From the IMG/VR virus record IMGVR_UViG_3300050343_000185: 64,000 nucleotides of DNA. One strand, written 5' to 3'. Positions within the stretch are counted from its first letter, which is position 1. Each line of letters begins with the position of its first letter. The notes below the pieces were generated by a model. That model had not been told where the DNA came from. It saw only the letters and a program-made list of their open reading frames with translations, and searched no databases. The DNA comes from a virus. Positions 59,501 to 64,000 of the stretch are shown here, one piece after another. The translations under genes and the position numbers were made by a program.

Positions 59501-59636
59501 CTTCTAACTCTGCAAATGCTTGTCGTAGTATGTATACGACTACGAACAATGCTCCGGCAACTGCTAGTATTACACATATAATTACCGACCATACAGGATC
59601 AGTAACATTATCAAGAGGGCGTAATAATAAATTCAT
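59427..59636 (-). CDS. Single-TM small protein
   Basis: VWSVIICVILAVAGALFVVVYIL hydrophobic helix. Confidence 0.55.
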   Translation of the reverse strand: MNLLLRPLDNVTDPVWSVIICVILAVAGALFVVVYILRQAFAELEDGSNDATEQEELLQLPSDGDQSCP

Positions 59637-59710
59637 TTCTTAACAGGCCAAGTAAGTTCCATTCCTATAGTAAGTAGTATCACAAATCCAAATACAAATA
59701 TAGCACTCAT
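59633..59710 (-). CDS. Single-TM microprotein (25 aa)
   Basis: MSAIFVFGFVILLTIGMELTWPVKK; ATGA overlaps on both sides. Confidence 0.5.
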   Translation of the reverse strand: MSAIFVFGFVILLTIGMELTWPVKK

Positions 59711-59898
59711 AGTTCATTAAATTTATAATCTAACATCATTCGGAAAAGAGAATCTCTCATTACCCATAGGTGCTCTTGTTCTTCTGCTGGTCGAGCAGGA
59801 AATCCTTCCCACATTTCTAACCTCTTTATCACACAATGGTGTAAGAGACGTATATCTTCTATTGTTAAATTGACAGTGTAGTCCGGTTCCTTATTCAT
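59707..59898 (-). CDS. Hypothetical protein
   Basis: 63 aa; WEGFPARPAEEQEHL. Confidence 0.6.
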   Translation of the reverse strand: MNKEPDYTVNLTIEDIRLLHHCVIKRLEMWEGFPARPAEEQEHLWVMRDSLFRMMLDYKFNEL

Positions 59899-60046
59899 GT
59901 TTGTGGAAAGGTTCCCAGTGCTGCCAATCGTATTTATGAACTGCCCACATTCCTATGATGGGGACAAAGACTAAAATGGTTGAGAGAAATCCTAATCCGT
60001 ATGGGTTGTTTAATACAACCCCACAGAATCTAGCGAATTGTAACAT
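59891..60046 (-). CDS. Single-TM microprotein (51 aa)
   Basis: MLQFARFCG...LGFLSTILVFVPIIGMWAVHKYDWQHWEPF; coupled overlaps. Confidence 0.55.
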   Translation of the reverse strand: MLQFARFCGVVLNNPYGLGFLSTILVFVPIIGMWAVHKYDWQHWEPFHKHE

Positions 60047-60129
60047 CATACTGGATAAGCGTTGTTGATTCCCCAGATAACAAAAAAAGCAATGCTACCT
60101 AAAATTACTAACGATGGTATTACTTTCAT
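60046..60129 (-). CDS. Single-TM microprotein (27 aa)
   Basis: MKVIPSLVILGSIAFFVIWGINNAYPV; coupled overlaps. Confidence 0.5.
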   Translation of the reverse strand: MKVIPSLVILGSIAFFVIWGINNAYPV

Positions 60130-60329
60130 ATCGTTTTTGCGTTTGTCCATAAGTCTCGGAAATAAAAATCGATACTAGTTAATGTTCCTTCTGGATGATT
60201 GTTATCAGAATCCGCCCATTGATAACTGAAGTGCATCATCTCCATTGTGATATGACTTGTACCATACATTCTTGAAAATGCTGATAAAGCAAAGTTATAT
60301 CGTTTTTTTAATTCGGGAGACCAATTCAT
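60126..60329 (-). CDS. Hypothetical protein
   Basis: 67 aa ORF directly downstream of petE. Confidence 0.55.
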   Translation of the reverse strand: MNWSPELKKRYNFALSAFSRMYGTSHITMEMMHFSYQWADSDNNHPEGTLTSIDFYFRDLWTNAKTI

Positions 60330-60338
60330 TATAGTCTC

Positions 60339-60662
60339 TCAATTTACGTGAACAACACCAGTCATACCTGCGCCCTGATGGGGACCACAGAAGAAGTTAT
60401 AGTCTCCTGCGTCAGCAAATACAACGTCCTGTGTTTCTCCTGGAGCAAACAGTAATGATTCTCTAGAGAGATCAGGACGTGCTTCTACAATAATATTGTG
60501 TGGTGGTAGTGCTTCGTTGATAAAGTGAACTGTGTCACCTGCCGAGATTGTGATCTCATTAGGTTCAAATACTAGGTTCCCACCAGAACCCATTACTACA
60601 TCTACTGCCCATACTGGGGCAGCAAAAAATAACACAACCAGAATCGTAATTAAAGATTTCAT
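60339..60662 (-). CDS. petE: Plastocyanin, auxiliary metabolic gene
   Basis: Signal peptide (VWA/V). Type-1 Cu ligands H (PPHN) and C-x2-H-x4-M (CGPHQGAGM). Confidence 0.93.
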   Translation of the reverse strand: MKSLITILVVLFFAAPVWAVDVVMGSGGNLVFEPNEITISAGDTVHFINEALPPHNIIVEARPDLSRESLLFAPGETQDVVFADAGDYNFFCGPHQGAGMTGVVHVN

Positions 60663-60826
60663 TTCGCTACAGAATGTTGTTCTTTGTAAGTGTTGAGTTT
60701 TTGAATTAAATCATTATACTCGTCCCACATGTATTCAGAACCCGTCTTCTCTTGGTAGAGTTGGCAAGCTTTGACTAAACGTGTGATGTCGCTGTCATTT
60801 AAACGCATTGTCATATCAGAACTCAT
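60659..60826 (-). CDS. Small hypothetical protein (55 aa)
   Basis: MSSDMTMRLNDSDITRLVKACQLYQEKTGSEYMWDEY...; the stop overlaps the petE start. Confidence 0.55.
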   Translation of the reverse strand: MSSDMTMRLNDSDITRLVKACQLYQEKTGSEYMWDEYNDLIQKLNTYKEQHSVAK

Positions 60827-60861
60827 AATATAATTATAGATTGTGTGAGTAAAATTGCTCT

Positions 60862-60891
60862 ATTTTAACATACTTTTAACAAGTATGTCAG
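60862..60891 (-). promoter_or_regulatory. Sigma70-like promoter with a palindrome, upstream of the petE operon
   Basis: CTGACA-N18-TAAAAT (TGn extended). Inverted repeat ACATACTT-N5-AAGTATGT at 60868-60888. Confidence 0.55.
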
Positions 60892-61313
60892 CAATTCCAC
60901 TTACGTAGTGATTTGTTGATTCTGCTGTCCTTATCGCTAGCAGTTTTTTTGCTGGTTAGTTTCTTTTTCATGCCCTTCATTCGAGCGCAGAACGATGCCC
61001 TGCGGGGGTTTCCAACCTTTTTGCTTGGTGCCTTAAGGTCAGATCCTGGATTTTCCTTCTCATAAGATCTTCGTCCCTTTTCATTGAGACCTCCTTCTTT
61101 GTTTTTGCCTGCTTTTTTTGTCCAGGCTGCTTCTGTGGTGAGTTCAAAACTTTCTTTGGCAGTCCTCGCCGCCTTTTGAAAAGCATCCTTAGCGGGGTAG
61201 TCCTTACTACCTGACTTCGCTGGTGCTTCTCCTCGTTTTCGCTTTGCGTGGATATTTGCGTAGAGACCGCGCTTTGCTTCACAGAGTTCTTTTAGTTCTT
61301 TATAATCTCTCAT
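60888..61313 (-). CDS. Basic hypothetical protein (DUF6321-like)
   Basis: GLYANIHAKR, GGLNEKGR, RRASFCARM, SLRKWNC. Confidence 0.7.
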   Translation of the reverse strand: MRDYKELKELCEAKRGLYANIHAKRKRGEAPAKSGSKDYPAKDAFQKAARTAKESFELTTEAAWTKKAGKNKEGGLNEKGRRSYEKENPGSDLKAPSKKVGNPRRASFCARMKGMKKKLTSKKTASDKDSRINKSLRKWNC

Positions 61314-61341
61314 GACAACCGACGAGGGTGTACGAGATTAT

Positions 61342-61755
61342 TTAGCGTTTACCCCCACTCATATCTTTAAGCATCTTCTGAAGCTCTGCTGTAGATCCTA
61401 CAAACATAGCATTGTTGGTAATTTTAGATGGTCCTTTCTTATCCTCGTCAAGATCTTTCATCTTCTTATGAAGATCAGCAAGTTTGTCTGTCATGTCTGC
61501 GACGTGCTTCATTGCCGCTACAGCGACTTCATACGCTCTTGGGTGCCCTGACTCCTGAGCGACCTCTAACGCCCCGTTGACCGCCTCCTGACCCTTGTCT
61601 ATGAGGGAGTATAATTCAGTACGTGTATATCTGTAATCTTTTTCACGATCTTCAGCATCAACCTTAGGTGGTTGTGGTTTAGATGGTTTGGATTCCTCAA
61701 CAGGTTCAGCACTAATGTTGAGGATTTCCTCCATGTTATCTTCTAGGTTACTCAT
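61342..61755 (-). CDS. gp16: Terminase small subunit (gp16-like)
   Basis: DYRYTR..LY, HPRAYEV, NNAMFVGST.ELQKML. Confidence 0.9.
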   Translation of the reverse strand: MSNLEDNMEEILNISAEPVEESKPSKPQPPKVDAEDREKDYRYTRTELYSLIDKGQEAVNGALEVAQESGHPRAYEVAVAAMKHVADMTDKLADLHKKMKDLDEDKKGPSKITNNAMFVGSTAELQKMLKDMSGGKR

Positions 61756-62552
61756 AAGAATTGAATCCCTTCATTAAATCCAAAGTCATCACCAGCATCA
61801 ACTAAGGCATCATCGTTTACATCGATAACTCCATCAGTATTGATATCTGTAATTGCTTTTGGTGTATATGTTCTTGTAATTGTTCTACGACCGACATCAA
61901 GATCGCCCAAAGTTTCATGGATAATTGCTTTCTTGATGACATCCGCAGTGTTGTATGGACCATACAGATACGATTTCATTGTAAACTGTAGTGTATAAGC
62001 AATATATCTACGCTCTAGAAAACTATCATCCCACTCATCTTCTCCACTGATACCATTTAATACAATAGCAATATCACGTTTCTCATTCATGTCTGGTATC
62101 ATGTTAAGAGTGATACTAAAAGATGGTTGAAAATATGGCAGAATTTGCTCTACAATCTGTAAAGCATCATCTTGAGATTTGGCAATAACTCCTAGTTCAA
62201 AATTTATATTATAAGGAACAGGAACATATTGAACTCTAACTTCACCACCATTACCATCAATGATAGTTTTGTATTTTTGAATTGGTGATGTCTTACGGGA
62301 AGAATCGTAATCAATTCCTGTCATCTCAAAGTAAATACGTGGCAAAGTAATTGCCACTTTACTGCTGCTAGCATTCTCTCCAATACGAACCAAGAACTTT
62401 TGTTTTGGTCCATAGGCAAGAGGAACTTTAATTTCCTCTAAAACTTCTCCTGTCTCAGGATCAGAACTCTTCATTGTGATATTATTGAAGAGTGTACCAA
62501 ATGCAATAATGTTCTTGCGAACTATTTGGTTATAAAAATGTGATCCTAACAT
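61752..62552 (-). CDS. gp15: Tail sheath stabiliser / terminator (gp15-like)
   Basis: FGTLFNNI, VPLAYGPKQKF, EQILPYFQP. Confidence 0.92.
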   Translation of the reverse strand: MLGSHFYNQIVRKNIIAFGTLFNNITMKSSDPETGEVLEEIKVPLAYGPKQKFLVRIGENASSSKVAITLPRIYFEMTGIDYDSSRKTSPIQKYKTIIDGNGGEVRVQYVPVPYNINFELGVIAKSQDDALQIVEQILPYFQPSFSITLNMIPDMNEKRDIAIVLNGISGEDEWDDSFLERRYIAYTLQFTMKSYLYGPYNTADVIKKAIIHETLGDLDVGRRTITRTYTPKAITDINTDGVIDVNDDALVDAGDDFGFNEGIQFL

Positions 62553-63676
62553 TAGATGCTATCCGTAAAGTTGCCAAATTCACCGAATGGATTACCTTCA
62601 GTCCAGTCGATAATCTCATCACCAGAATCTTCGATCTGTCTATTCTGATCGTAGTTGCTGTTGGTATTATTTAGAGTGTCGAATGTCTCAGGACTCCACT
62701 TGGCACCTGAAGTTATACCAGTAATTACTTCAGCAGTAGTAAAGGTTCCTGTTCTATTGTAGACTTGGAGAGCTCTGGTTGCGCTATCCCAGGACTTAAC
62801 TTCTGCTCTGTTATCTTTGGGTGAGTAATCAATTGTGATAGTAGGCGCAGAACTATAACCGCTCCCGCCACTGGTGATAGCAATGCCGTTAACAATGCCA
62901 GTAGAGCTAACCGTTGTAGTAGCAGTTGCACCTGTTCCACCTCCTCCAGAAATAGTTACGGATGGTGGTGTAGCAACTTTATAATGTGCTCCACCATCTG
63001 AAATTGTAATACTTGAAACAGCATCGCCTGTAATAGCAGATGTTGCTTTTGCTAAGAACTCATCACCAACAATCTCTTCTCCAACTATAAAGTCTCCAGA
63101 ACCACCAGGGTCCATGAATAGTTTAATTGCTGGATCAAATAGTTCTTCCACATCATCAATCTCTTCAACGCCTGTCTCGAACGAATCACTACCAACCTCA
63201 TAGATCTCAGCAGTGATAGCATAGAATTGGATCTTACCAAACTGGAAGAATGGTTCTTCCTTACCAACAAATTTAATCTCGTAGATATCTTTTGTTAGTG
63301 GGAAGTAGAGTAGATCTCCCTCGTTAGGTCTACTCTCAACAGTAATAGTAGGATTATGATCTGCTACTTCTTCGTCCCATCTTCTAGTAGATACTCGGAA
63401 GATAATCTCATCAGTAATCCTTAAACCAAACTTGGAGATAAACTCAGCGTTGTCTCCAAATCCCATGACGTTTTGAAGCAACATCTCAATTTGAAAATGT
63501 TCTTGATACTTAGAGTATCTAACCTCATTAAGAGTGTTATCTTTTAGAGCTACTCTAGGAATATAGTATATGTCTGTTCCGAACAGTTTGATTTGTTCGT
63601 CCACAAGATCCTGTGCGAGACCTTGCTCGCCGCTATGACCTGCGTAGTAAGTTGGAAAATAGGGACTAGTAGGCAT
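62552..63676 (-). CDS. gp14: Neck protein (gp14-like) with an inserted repeat domain
   Basis: EQIKLFG.D.YYIPR, FLSKFG-like motif, EGDLLYFP, E.NPFG. Confidence 0.9.
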   Translation of the reverse strand: MPTSPYFPTYYAGHSGEQGLAQDLVDEQIKLFGTDIYYIPRVALKDNTLNEVRYSKYQEHFQIEMLLQNVMGFGDNAEFISKFGLRITDEIIFRVSTRRWDEEVADHNPTITVESRPNEGDLLYFPLTKDIYEIKFVGKEEPFFQFGKIQFYAITAEIYEVGSDSFETGVEEIDDVEELFDPAIKLFMDPGGSGDFIVGEEIVGDEFLAKATSAITGDAVSSITISDGGAHYKVATPPSVTISGGGGTGATATTTVSSTGIVNGIAITSGGSGYSSAPTITIDYSPKDNRAEVKSWDSATRALQVYNRTGTFTTAEVITGITSGAKWSPETFDTLNNTNSNYDQNRQIEDSGDEIIDWTEGNPFGEFGNFTDSI

Positions 63677-63677
63677 C

Positions 63678-64000
63678 TTATCCGATCATATCCATAGGTG
63701 GAATGGCGTACTTACTGAGAACTTCGCTTTCGATTTTCTCAATCTCGCCTAATGCGTCTGTATATAATTCTCTACCATTAAGCGTGATACCGCCAGGTAG
63801 TTGAACGTTGTTATATTTAATCAAGTTTTGACCCCACTGTCTCTTCATAAGAGCAGTAGCATATTTCTTGACAAACATATCATTATTCATCTCTGTAGCA
63901 TCTGTAGGATCAATCATCCTATGTGCCTCAATTACAAGATAAGTATCTTCTTTGAGGAATGCTTTATTGATGTCAAGATATAAACGATCACGACGCTGTG
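63678..64000 (-). CDS. gp13: Neck protein (gp13-like), C-terminal part only
   Basis: KRQWGQNLIKY..VQLPGG.TLNG, PPMDMIG; the start lies beyond the window. Confidence 0.9.
   Translation of the reverse strand, partial: QRRDRLYLDINKAFLKEDTYLVIEAHRMIDPTDATEMNNDMFVKKYATALMKRQWGQNLIKYNNVQLPGGITLNGRELYTDALGEIEKIESEVLSKYAIPPMDMIG

Overview
This 64 kb window is part of a T4-like marine cyanophage genome (cyanomyovirus). The tRNA set, talC and petE suggest a Synechococcus host. Essentially all genes are on the minus strand. In transcription order (right to left): neck/tail-end genes (gp13, gp14, gp15), gp16, an accessory insert with petE, an SNase nuclease and several single-TM microproteins, gp17, gp18-gp23, gp3, uvsY, uvsW, gp55, gp47/gp46, a peptidase-vWA plus CobS-like AAA pair, gp45/gp44/gp62, dam, a DenV-like glycosylase, regA, hsp20, gp43, uvsX, gp41, mazG, a nuclease-like/ligase-like/cytidylyltransferase trio, primase, nrdA/nrdB, a GIY-YIG gene, a cell-wall hydrolase, four tRNAs, talC, an orphan Phd-like antitoxin, a DUF401-like transporter, a manA-like structured RNA, tail-fibre genes and a subtilisin-like protein cut by the window edge. 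About 20 single-base indels between about 7.3 and 38.3 kb split otherwise intact genes and are most likely sequencing errors. The best candidates for new biology are: (1) a ROSE-like RNA thermometer with a long-range anti-SD in the hsp20 leader; (2) a late operon of nuclease-like, KxDG ligase-like and HxGH nucleotidyltransferase genes; (3) a membrane-protein ORF overprinted on the GIY-YIG gene next to the cell-wall hydrolase; (4) back-to-back sigma70 promoters that would give antisense RNA to late genes. Family assignments come from motif recognition and recall, not database searches.
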